This document shows positions 45,810-54,602 of a DNA stretch of 64,000 nt, in pieces. The position numbers and the translations under genes are program-made. Within the stretch, counting starts at the first letter, position 1, and each line of letters begins with the position of its first letter. This DNA comes from Myxococcales bacterium (GTDB lineage Bacteria > Myxococcota_A > UBA9042). The stretch spans positions 1,287-65,286 of the forward strand of contig CANMNA010000002.1 in assembly GCA_947499075.1 (NCBI GenBank), in the 5' to 3' direction. The notes under the pieces were generated by a model. The model made no database searches. It saw nothing but the letters and a program-made list of their open reading frames with translations, and was not told where the DNA came from.

Positions 45810-46766
45810 TCAGGTCGCCGGTTTGGCGGCAACAGTCGGCACTGGTTGCTTGCGGAACAACGACTCACCGGCGATGAGGATCACGCCAACGGTGATGCCA
45901 ATGTCGGCTACGTTGTAGACGGGCCAGCCGTGGGTCTTGCCGTCGATGATAATGAAGTTGTAGATGAAATCCATGACGACATGGTAATGCAGGCGATCCA
46001 CGACGTTGCCGACGGCGCCACCTAAAATGCCAGCCAACGCATACGATGACATGGCCGAGCCGAGTTGTCCTTTCCACAGCCACCACGACAGTGCCAGCGC
46101 CGCCAAACTCGAGATGACGGTAAACAGCAAGTGGCGCACCAGCGGCGGCGCGTCGGACAAAAAGCTGAACGCGGCCCCCGGGTTCTCGGCGTAGACAAAG
46201 TGAAACCACTTGGGGATCAACACGATCTGGCGCTCCATGACCGCCAGCGCTTGCCCCTCGGCCAGCGGCTTGTCCAGCGCGATGCCCTCGTCGGCCGGCT
46301 GCCAAGCCGTCTCGAGCAAGCCCTGTACGGTGCTTGGGTCGATGCGCCACACGTCGGCGATGACCTGCTGCAGTGGCTTGCCCAGATCACGGGGGCGCAG
46401 GTGCAGCGCCCGCGGGTTGGCAAAACCGGTGCCGTCGCTGACGACGATCTCACGGCCGACCTGATCGGCTGTGACTGCAGCAGTGCCCTGCCACTTGCCG
46501 CGCTGCAGCCGGACCAGTGCCATGTTATCTTTAATTTTTTGCGCTTCCTGACCGTCAATGCCACGCGCCGCCAGCAGTGCCGCCACACTCTGACCCGCCG
46601 CCGCATGCAGCAGCATCGGGTGGACGGGACTCGCCAGGTTGTCGGTCGCCCACGCCTTGGTGCCGAGATCGCCCGCGACCACCAGCAACGCGAAACCAAA
46701 CAGCAGCGCCGGGCGCATGTGGCGGGGCCGTGCCGGTAAGATGTCTTGTGATTCTAAGATGTTCAT
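45810..46766 (-). CDS. lspA: Lipoprotein signal peptidase II with a large insertion
   Basis: DLGTKAWA, ENPGAAFS, GGAVGNVVDRL, VMDFI and WPVYNVADIGI motifs. Confidence 0.9.
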   Translation of the reverse strand: MNILESQDILPARPRHMRPALLFGFALLVVAGDLGTKAWATDNLASPVHPMLLHAAAGQSVAALLAARGIDGQEAQKIKDNMALVRLQRGKWQGTAAVTADQVGREIVVSDGTGFANPRALHLRPRDLGKPLQQVIADVWRIDPSTVQGLLETAWQPADEGIALDKPLAEGQALAVMERQIVLIPKWFHFVYAENPGAAFSFLSDAPPLVRHLLFTVISSLAALALSWWLWKGQLGSAMSSYALAGILGGAVGNVVDRLHYHVVMDFIYNFIIIDGKTHGWPVYNVADIGITVGVILIAGESLFRKQPVPTVAAKPAT

Positions 46767-46943
46767 GGCGTGATCGGGTTGCCTCAGGCGGTGACCAAGG
46801 GGGCAAAATTGTAAAACCAATCGCCGGTTGCCGTCAACGCATTTCTGCGGCGAGCACGCGGCCTCCAACACCACTGGCGTCGCCACATTCCCAAGCGAGC
46901 CAGCGTGCTTTTTCAGCCTCGAAAGTGCTAGCTTAGGCGCTCG

Positions 46944-47924
46944 GTGCCGCCGCGCCTGTGCCCCAACACCGTGCCAACCACTCCAGTCGTCAGCACATTG
47001 GCCATCGAGACAGGCGCGATCTGTCCCCACCCTTGGCCGCGCTTGGTGTGCCCCCTGTGCGGGCCAGCGGCCGAGCCCAACCTGACCGGCCGGATGGCCC
47101 ACAGCGCCGACGCAGCGACGGTCGCCGTGCTGGTCCAGCAGGCACTGCGCCTGCATCCGCAAAGTGTGGTGCTGCGCGGCGGCGAGACGTTGCTGCGCGA
47201 AGAGGCGCTGCAGATTCTGGCGATGGTCCGCGCTGGCAGCGTGGTTCAGTTGGCGGTGTGGACAGCCGGGCCTCTGCTGGCCCGGCCGGGACTAGCGGAC
47301 GCCGTGCGCAGCGCAGGTGCCACTGATGTCGCAGTCGTGCTGTTTGGCGAGACCGCGGCGGGCCATGATTATGTTGCGCAAACCCCTGGCCATTTCCAGC
47401 GGACGCTGGCGGGCGTGCAACTGGCTCGGCGCGCCGGGCTGCGCGTGCAAGCGGTGGTGCCGGTGCTGCGGCCAAGTTTTCGCGGGCTATCCGCGCTGGT
47501 GCAAAAGGCCGTGCCAGCTGGGATCGGCGCGCTGCGATTTTGGGTGCCACCGGGACCGGACCGGCCCGATCATCCGTTGCTGGCGCCGCTGCCGATGGTG
47601 GCGCCGTACCTGCAGGCGGCGCTGCATCTGGCGCGGACTGCCAACTTGGTGGTGCAGGTCGACGGGGTGCCGGCGTGCCAGCTCGGCCTGCACGCTTCGC
47701 TGGCCGATGCTGCGCACGCGGCGATCGCCGCCAGCTCGCCCGCAGACGATCCGCCTGAGTTTGGGTCACCTTGTGGCGCATGCACCTGGGGGTCGCGCTG
47801 TGTCGGCGTGCCGGCATCGCGGGTCAAGGCCCACGGCTGGGTCGGCGTCGCCGCCCGCAGCGACCCGCCAGCGTCTGCCAACTTGCCGGCGCTTGTGCCG
47901 GCCGGCGCAGTCAAATCGGACTAG
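46944..47924 (+). CDS. Divergent radical SAM-like protein (HxsC-like architecture, non-canonical Cys spacing)
   Basis: CPHPWPRLVCPLC (CX8CX2C), RGGE, HDYVAQTPGHFQRTLAG, VPACQL and C-terminal CGACTWGSRCVG. Confidence 0.65.
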   Translation: MPPRLCPNTVPTTPVVSTLAIETGAICPHPWPRLVCPLCGPAAEPNLTGRMAHSADAATVAVLVQQALRLHPQSVVLRGGETLLREEALQILAMVRAGSVVQLAVWTAGPLLARPGLADAVRSAGATDVAVVLFGETAAGHDYVAQTPGHFQRTLAGVQLARRAGLRVQAVVPVLRPSFRGLSALVQKAVPAGIGALRFWVPPGPDRPDHPLLAPLPMVAPYLQAALHLARTANLVVQVDGVPACQLGLHASLADAAHAAIAASSPADDPPEFGSPCGACTWGSRCVGVPASRVKAHGWVGVAARSDPPASANLPALVPAGAVKSD

Positions 47925-48026
47925 TTTGGTCTGGTTTGGACTGCAGGCGTGCAACGCGCGGCACTTTCTGCGATGCTGCCCGCAGCGACTGGCACCCGAC
48001 CCCTCGGTGCGATCGCCCAAACGTGC

Positions 48027-50003
48027 ATGGCCAACCCTACAGACACCTTGAGCCTAAGTATCGACGGCATCGACATCGATGATCTGGTGCGTCAGGGCAT
48101 CTTGAACCGCGATGAAGCCTTGGCGCTGGCGTCCAGCCACCAAAACGAGACGGGGACCGCGCGGTTAGAGGCGATGCCCCAGACCGCGGGCGACACCAGC
48201 GACAGCGAAAACAAGGATCTGGTCAAAGAAGCCGCCGCCCACCACAAGCGGCACTGGGTCCGCGTGACCCGGTTGTGCAACCAGCGCTGCACGTTTTGCC
48301 TGGACTCGATGAACCAAGACGGCACCATGATCGACGTCGAGTCGCTCAAGGCCTACATCCTGCTGGGTCGCAAAATGGGCCGCGAGCGCCTGATCCTGTC
48401 GGGCGGCGAGGCCAGCGTTCACCCCAAGTACATTGAGTTGATTCGCTACGGGCGGCAGGTCGGCTACGACTGGGTCCAAACTGTGACCAACGGCATGATG
48501 TTCAGCTACGGCCGGTTCGCCAAAGCGGCTGCCGAGGCGGGCCTGAACGAAGCCACCGTGTCGATGCACGGCCACACCGCGCAATTGCACGACAAGCTGA
48601 CGGGCACCCCCGGCGCGTTCGTGACCGGCATCAAGGGCATCACCAACTTGCAGGCCACCGGCAAGGTCGTGGTCAACGTCGATGTGGTGATCAACAAGCA
48701 GAACTACAAGTATCTGCACGAAATCATTGGCTACTACTACAAGCTCGGCATCCGCGAGTTTGATCTTTTGCACATCGTGCCCTTTGGCCGCGGCTTTGAT
48801 GAGCACCGCCATTCGCTGTTTTTCGACTTGAACGACGCGGTGCCCTACTTCCGCAAAGCGTTTCAGTGGGCCAACCAGCCCGATCTGTACATTTGGACCA
48901 ACCGCCTGCCGGTGACGTACTTGGAGGGTGCCGAGCGTCTGATTCAGGATCCGCACAAGTTGGCCAGCGAGTTTGACGGCGGCCGCCACAATTTTGAGGG
49001 CTTTCTCAAAAAGGGCCTCAAGCCCGATTGTCACGGCGAGCGCTGCGACTACTGCTTTTTGGACGGCCCGTGCCGCCAGACCATGTTTCCGTACCGCGAG
49101 ATGCTGCAAGCGGGCACTTTTCCCAACCTACGGCTCGACAGCCAGCAAGGATGGGCGGGCACGCTGGCCCAGGACAAATTTGCGGCCCAGCATCCGCAGC
49201 GCGTGGTGCTCAGCGCGCCCTCGGGTACCGAAGCTGTTCAGGCTGTGGACCAATTGGGATTTGCCGATGTGCCGGTCACGGTGCGGCTCGCTGCCGGCGC
49301 GCGCTGGGAGCCTTTGTTTGGCCGGCCGACCGGTCGGCAGGTCGATCGGCTAGCGGTCAGTACCTTGGCCGACGCCCATGCGGCGCTGGTCGGCGCGACC
49401 GCGGTGCCTGCGCCCACCATCGTACAGATCGACCTCGACCAGTTGGTGGCGCAGTGGCTGCTGCAGCACCCCGAAGTGGCGCAAGCGGCAGGCGACCGGT
49501 TGGTGGCGATGCTGCCCAACCACGAGACGCTGTCGGCTTCTAAGGACAATGACCCCAGTCCCCAAACGCTGCGGCAGCTGGCGGCGCAGGGCATCCGGCT
49601 CAAAAACGTGCCCAAGTGTGTGGCGGGCGCCGAGACTGAGCCGGGCGATCACAACACGCTGCACGCCAATCTGCTCGACGCTGCCGGCGATCTGAGCCTG
49701 GATCGCTATGTGCAACACTATGTTGCGCAAGAGTATTATGCCAAGAGCGTGCGCTGTGGGCTGTGTGCTGAAGCCGATCGCTGCAAGGGCCTGCACATCA
49801 ACTACGTGCGCAATTTTGGCTTTGCCCAGATGACGCCGCTTGATGCCGATGGTGTGCCAATTGCCGATGCGGCCGGCTTTGATCAGTTGACCGATCGCCT
49901 CAAAGAGGCCAACGCCGCGCGGTCCAAGCGCGAGCAGCAAAAGGTCTACGGCCTGCACAAGCCGCTGGTTGCTACCGAATTGTCGATCGGGCGCCAGGCG
50001 TAG
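48027..50003 (+). CDS. Radical SAM protein, HxsC-like, with long C-terminal extension
   Basis: CNQRCTFC, LSGGE, VTNG and HDKLTGTPGAF. Auxiliary Cys motifs CDYCFLDGPC and CGLCAEADRCKG. Confidence 0.88.
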   Translation: MANPTDTLSLSIDGIDIDDLVRQGILNRDEALALASSHQNETGTARLEAMPQTAGDTSDSENKDLVKEAAAHHKRHWVRVTRLCNQRCTFCLDSMNQDGTMIDVESLKAYILLGRKMGRERLILSGGEASVHPKYIELIRYGRQVGYDWVQTVTNGMMFSYGRFAKAAAEAGLNEATVSMHGHTAQLHDKLTGTPGAFVTGIKGITNLQATGKVVVNVDVVINKQNYKYLHEIIGYYYKLGIREFDLLHIVPFGRGFDEHRHSLFFDLNDAVPYFRKAFQWANQPDLYIWTNRLPVTYLEGAERLIQDPHKLASEFDGGRHNFEGFLKKGLKPDCHGERCDYCFLDGPCRQTMFPYREMLQAGTFPNLRLDSQQGWAGTLAQDKFAAQHPQRVVLSAPSGTEAVQAVDQLGFADVPVTVRLAAGARWEPLFGRPTGRQVDRLAVSTLADAHAALVGATAVPAPTIVQIDLDQLVAQWLLQHPEVAQAAGDRLVAMLPNHETLSASKDNDPSPQTLRQLAAQGIRLKNVPKCVAGAETEPGDHNTLHANLLDAAGDLSLDRYVQHYVAQEYYAKSVRCGLCAEADRCKGLHINYVRNFGFAQMTPLDADGVPIADAAGFDQLTDRLKEANAARSKREQQKVYGLHKPLVATELSIGRQA

Positions 50004-50015
50004 GGGCGGGCACAG

Positions 50016-51284
50016 ATGGCCAACATCGGCTACATCCAAATGGTTCGCCACTGTAACCAGAATTGCGGGTTTTGTAGCAACCCGGAGACGCCGTTTTTTC
50101 ACGATCTTGGTCAAGTCCATCAAATCGTAGATGACTTCGTGGCGCGCGACTATTTTGGCGTGATCATGACCGGCGGCGAGCCGACGCTGTCGCCCATCTT
50201 GCCCGACGCGATCCGCTATGCCCGCGAGCACGGTCTGCACGTGCGCATGATCACCAACGGCCAAAAACTCGCGGACTGGGACTACTGTGAATCGCTGTGG
50301 AAAGCCGGGCTGCAGCACGTCCACGTCTCGATCCACAGTTACAAGCACAAGCTCGAAGATTTTCTGACCGGCACGCCAGGTTCGCTGGCTTGGGCTGAAA
50401 AAGCTTTGGAAAATCTGGGCAAGACCGACATCGCGGTCAACATCAACACGGTCATCAACCGCTACAACTGCGATCACTTGCACGAGACGATCGACTGGTT
50501 TATCGAGAAATTTCCCTTTATTCGGCACTTTGTGTGGAACAACCTCGATCCGTCGATCGGTCGGGCTACGACCAACAACTACTTTACGGCGCGGCTGGGC
50601 GACATCGAAGTCAGCCTGAGCCAAGCCATGCGCCGCCTGCACCAGACTGGACGCAGCTTTCGGGTCGAGCGGGTGCCACTGTGCTATATGGCTGAATTTG
50701 CACATTGTTCGACTGAGACCCGCAAGATCGTCAAGAGCGAAGAGCGCATCGTGCACTTCCTGGACAACAAGGGCACGGTGCGCCAGACCGAGTGGGGCCA
50801 CCTGTATGCCGATGTCTGCGCTGCCTGCAGCCTGCGTGCGATCTGCGGCGGCCTATTTGATCGCGGCGATGCTTATGATCCCAAAGAGCTTTCTCCGGTA
50901 TTTGTCGATGCCCGGCCGATCGTGCAGCGCATCGTCAACGACTTGCAAAGCGACCCGGCGTGGCGGGTGGCCAAGTTCAAGAATTTGGCAACTTTGCCGG
51001 CTGCGCACCAAGGTCGCTCCGATCAAGGCGAATACCGCGCTGGCAAGGTGCAGGCACCCAGCGGCGATCGGTTGGTCGAGCCTGCCTTTGATCCGCGACG
51101 CCGCAGCGATGCGACGGCCAAAGACTGGACACCAGGAGAGAATTGGCATCCAGCTGACGATGAAGACGAAGTCGACGTCGGTCTGGCCGTGCCCGCTGAG
51201 CCTGTGGCGACCGCCAAGCTTGCTGTGTCACGATTGCGTCTTGGCGGCCGCCTTGGCCTTGAAACCAGCGCCGACCTCAAGTAG
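50016..51284 (+). CDS. Radical SAM protein, HxsC-like
   Basis: CNQNCGFC, MTGGEPT, ITNG, VPLCYM and C-terminal CAACSLRAICGGL. Confidence 0.9.
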   Translation: MANIGYIQMVRHCNQNCGFCSNPETPFFHDLGQVHQIVDDFVARDYFGVIMTGGEPTLSPILPDAIRYAREHGLHVRMITNGQKLADWDYCESLWKAGLQHVHVSIHSYKHKLEDFLTGTPGSLAWAEKALENLGKTDIAVNINTVINRYNCDHLHETIDWFIEKFPFIRHFVWNNLDPSIGRATTNNYFTARLGDIEVSLSQAMRRLHQTGRSFRVERVPLCYMAEFAHCSTETRKIVKSEERIVHFLDNKGTVRQTEWGHLYADVCAACSLRAICGGLFDRGDAYDPKELSPVFVDARPIVQRIVNDLQSDPAWRVAKFKNLATLPAAHQGRSDQGEYRAGKVQAPSGDRLVEPAFDPRRRSDATAKDWTPGENWHPADDEDEVDVGLAVPAEPVATAKLAVSRLRLGGRLGLETSADLK

Positions 51285-51328
51285 AAGCCGCACACCCCGC
51301 CGCCCCTGACTGTGGAGCATTTTTTGCC

Positions 51329-51802
51329 ATGAGCCTACCCCATATCGAGAACCTGGACGCCGCCGCGAGCCGCATGACACTGGCTCTGGACATCGGCCTG
51401 TACCCCACCGACGTGCTGTACGGCGCGGCCTACATCTTCATCGACCGCGCCTACGTGCTGTTGGACAAAGATGAAGGCGAGGGCCGCTCAGGTCGCTACT
51501 TGGTCCACCTGCGCGGCAAGACGGCGCTGTCTGAAGATCAGCTGCGCGCGCTTTCCGGCGAATTCGCCAACGAACTGCTGAGCCAAGCGCTGCGGCGCAA
51601 AGTCGTCAAAGCCAATCAGAAAATCATTGAAGAGATCGCGACCCAAGCGATCTCGGGCGCGGCTGGCGGCTCGCTGCCCAACGACTTTCTGGCGGCAGAC
51701 GACGACGGTCTGGATTTCTTGGACGATCCGCTCGGCATTGCGGTGCCGTGGGAAGAGAAGTTTAAGAAAAAGAAAGACGAACCGGCTGGCGATAAAGCGT
51801 AG
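51329..51802 (+). CDS. hxsD: His-Xaa-Ser system protein HxsD-like
   Basis: Pattern D..LYP.DVLYGAAYIFIDRAYVLL...GEFANELLSQALR matches HxsD as I recall it; acidic tail DDPLGIAVPWEEKF. Confidence 0.8.
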   Translation: MSLPHIENLDAAASRMTLALDIGLYPTDVLYGAAYIFIDRAYVLLDKDEGEGRSGRYLVHLRGKTALSEDQLRALSGEFANELLSQALRRKVVKANQKIIEEIATQAISGAAGGSLPNDFLAADDDGLDFLDDPLGIAVPWEEKFKKKKDEPAGDKA

Positions 51803-51811
51803 GGGGCGACC

Positions 51812-52057
51812 ATGAGCGAGACGACGCCAACTGCGCCTGTGGTGATAAAGCTCCATCGGGCGCTGTACATGCAGCAAGCGATCAAGGATGCCGCGGAAAC
51901 GTTTGCTGATTTCGCGAGCTTTTCGATCAAGCGTGACGGCGGGCACTACGCGGTCGCCATGACCGACATTTCGACCGAGTCCGATGGCGATGTCGTCGCC
52001 GAGTTTTGCAACTTCGCGCTGTTCAACACCATGCAACGCAAGCGCAAACGCCTGTAG
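51812..52057 (+). CDS. Second, short HxsD-like protein
   Basis: LY.QQAIKDAAETF...VVAEFCNFAL parallels the neighbouring HxsD (EFANELL). Confidence 0.7.
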   Translation: MSETTPTAPVVIKLHRALYMQQAIKDAAETFADFASFSIKRDGGHYAVAMTDISTESDGDVVAEFCNFALFNTMQRKRKRL

Positions 52058-52111
52058 CCGCTCCATTGTACTGCTCTTGGTCCGTACCAACGCCCCCACT
52101 GTGAGGTTTGC

Positions 52112-53611
52112 GTGCAACTGTCTGATGTCGTAACGCTTGGCAAAGTCAAAGCCGATGCGCTGGTGCCGTTCAACCACCGCTGGGTCGGCAACCGCTTTCT
52201 GATTTCGAATGACTTGGGCGACCACCTGTTCGTGACGCCAGATGAGCTGCGCACCTATGTCGAAGGGCGGACCGTGCCGGGCGAGACGCTGCACGAGCAG
52301 CTGATGGCCAAGAATTTTCTGGCCGCTGGCGTCAACATCCAGGTCGAGGCGGCGCGGTGGCGGCGCAAGCGCAGCTTTCTGTTCTACGGCCCAACGTTGC
52401 ACGCTTTCGTGTTGACCCACCGCTGCAACCACGGCTGCCAGTACTGCCACAGCAGCATCGTCGGCATGGAGCGCACCGACACCGACATGTCGATCGAGAC
52501 GGCAGAGCGCGCGGTCGATCTGGTGTTTCAGACCACAAGCCCCGGCGTGACCATCGAGTTTCAGGGCGGCGAGCCGCTGGCGAACTGGGAGGTTTTGCAG
52601 CACATCGTCGAGTATTCGCGCCAGAAGAATGCCCTTGCCGGCAAAGCGCTGTCGTTCTCGCTGGTGACCAACTTGAGCCTGATGGACGACGAAAAGCTCG
52701 ACTACCTGCTCGACCGCAAGGTGCAGTTGTGCACCTCGCTCGATGGTCCGGCCGACTTGCACGACAAGATCCGCATCTACAAGCAGGGCTCGTCGCACGA
52801 GCTGGTGACCGGGTGGATGCGCAAAATCAATCAGCGTTACAAGGATATGGGGCTAGATCCGAATCTGTACCGCGTCGAAGCCTTGCCCACGATAACGCGG
52901 CCGGCTTTGGGTCGTTGGAAGGACGTGGTCGATACCTACATTGATGTTGGGTGCCGCGCGGTGTTTCTGCGCAAGCTCGATCCGTTTGGGTTTGCGGCGC
53001 GCTCGGCCAAGACGTTGGGCTACTCGATGGACGACTTCCTGACGTTTTACATCAACGCGGTCGAGTACATCCTCGAGCTCAACAAGCAGGGCACCCAAGT
53101 GATGGAGCGCCACGCGGCCATCATGCTGTCCAAGATCTTGGCCGATCAGGAGCCGAACTACCTGGACTTGCGGACGCCCGGCGGCGCTTGCATCGGCCAA
53201 ATGGGCTATGCCCCAGACGGCGCGATCTACAGCTCGGACGAAGGGCGGTTCGTGGCGGCGATGGGCGACGAGATGTTCCGCATCGGCGACGTCAACAGCA
53301 GCTACGTGCAGCTGATGACCAACGCGCAGACCCGCGCCTTGGTGATGGCGGGCATCAACGACGGCCAGCCCGACTGTGTCAACTGCACCTACAAGCCGTG
53401 GTGCGGGCAGCAGACTGAGTACAACTACAAGACCCAAGGCTCGCTGTCCGGGCGCATGCGCGACAGCGTGTGGTGCAAAAAGCACAAGTCGATTTTCGAC
53501 TACCTGATGGCCAAGGTCGAGAAGGCCGATCCGGTCGAGATGGCGATTTTTGAGCGGTGGACCACCAATCGGACGCTAGATCACTTTCTGCAGGAGCGCG
53601 GGGCGCTGTAG
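52112..53611 (+). CDS. hxsB: His-Xaa-Ser system radical SAM maturase HxsB
   Basis: N-terminal VPFNHR...FLISNDLG domain, KRSFLFYGPTLHAFVLTHRCNHGCQYC, IEFQGGEPL, CTSLDGP, DLRTPGGA, SSDEGR and C-terminal CVNCTYKPWCG. Confidence 0.87.
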   Translation: MQLSDVVTLGKVKADALVPFNHRWVGNRFLISNDLGDHLFVTPDELRTYVEGRTVPGETLHEQLMAKNFLAAGVNIQVEAARWRRKRSFLFYGPTLHAFVLTHRCNHGCQYCHSSIVGMERTDTDMSIETAERAVDLVFQTTSPGVTIEFQGGEPLANWEVLQHIVEYSRQKNALAGKALSFSLVTNLSLMDDEKLDYLLDRKVQLCTSLDGPADLHDKIRIYKQGSSHELVTGWMRKINQRYKDMGLDPNLYRVEALPTITRPALGRWKDVVDTYIDVGCRAVFLRKLDPFGFAARSAKTLGYSMDDFLTFYINAVEYILELNKQGTQVMERHAAIMLSKILADQEPNYLDLRTPGGACIGQMGYAPDGAIYSSDEGRFVAAMGDEMFRIGDVNSSYVQLMTNAQTRALVMAGINDGQPDCVNCTYKPWCGQQTEYNYKTQGSLSGRMRDSVWCKKHKSIFDYLMAKVEKADPVEMAIFERWTTNRTLDHFLQERGAL

Positions 53612-53689
53612 TCGCTGGCCAGACTAGACCAGACTAAGTATGTTTGCTAGATTGCCCCTGCGGCTCATTCGCCGGGCCTTGGGGTGGCC

Positions 53690-53932
53690 ATGCAAACAGT
53701 CAACATGCTCGAGGCCAAATCGTCGCTGTCCAAGCTCGTTGCCGCTATCGAAAGCGGCGATGAGACAGAGGTGGTGCTCGCCCGCAATGGCCGACCCGTG
53801 GCCCGGATTGTGCCGCTCGCAGCATCTGCGGCAGGTGCCCGCATCGGCATTGCCAAGGGCCATTTTGTGGTGCCTGCGGGTCTCGACCGGCAAGACCCCG
53901 AGATGGTTGCCTTATTTGAAGAGGGCGCTTGA
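53690..53932 (+). CDS. Phd/YefM-family antitoxin
   Basis: VNMLEAKSSLSKLV...EVVLARNGRPVARIVP; stop overlaps the toxin start by 4 bp. Confidence 0.9.
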   Translation: MQTVNMLEAKSSLSKLVAAIESGDETEVVLARNGRPVARIVPLAASAAGARIGIAKGHFVVPAGLDRQDPEMVALFEEGA

Positions 53933-54315
53933 ACTACCTGCTCGATACCCACATGGCGATTTGGGCGATTGCCGACAGCCCAGAATTACCGCCAGCTGCC
54001 CGGGCAGCCATCGGTCACCCACGCAACCAGATTTGGGTCAGCGCCGCTTCGATTTGGGAAATCGCGATCAAGCACGCCAAGCGCCCTAGCGAGATGCCGA
54101 TTACCGGTCACCAAGCGTTGGCGTACTTTGCGGGGGCAGGCTTCACCCTGTTGCCGATTGAGGGGCTGCACGCCGCCGCTGTCGATGGACTGCCCGGGGT
54201 CCACCGCGACCCGTTTGACCGCCTTTTGGTGGCCCAAGCTGTTGCTGAGTCGCTTCAATTGCTGACCCATGATGGCCTGTTGGCGGCGTATGGCCCCAGC
54301 GTTAGCGTCGTGTAG
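53929..54315 (+). CDS. vapC: VapC-family PIN toxin
   Basis: YLLDTH, VSAASIWEIAIK, HRDPFDRLLVAQA and LLTHD. Confidence 0.92.
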   Translation: MNYLLDTHMAIWAIADSPELPPAARAAIGHPRNQIWVSAASIWEIAIKHAKRPSEMPITGHQALAYFAGAGFTLLPIEGLHAAAVDGLPGVHRDPFDRLLVAQAVAESLQLLTHDGLLAAYGPSVSVV

Positions 54316-54602
54316 CCAGGTGCCTATGAACGCAGGCGCTGGCAGCTCCTGCGGGATCCGATGCGCGCACCCCGCTTCTTGCCAAAATGGCAAGCTCTAC
54401 CCTTGCCGACGCCGCTAGTCTGACCGCTGCGCCGATCTGGCATGGCATCTCAACGGACGCATTCCAGAAGTTTCGAGCAGTTGTGCCCGAAGCGATCTGG
54501 CACAACCCTTGCTTATGGAACAACGGTGGGCCCGACCGCGTTTGCTGCGGCCGGTCGCCTCGCCCACCGTCGTTGCCCAAGTCGGGCTCAGGCCAGCTGC
54601 TG

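Noticed and set aside
46944..53611. Selenocysteine (TGA) recoding in the rSAM genes, given selA in the window
   Set aside because: All six genes end in TAG and their Cys motifs are complete, so no read-through is needed.
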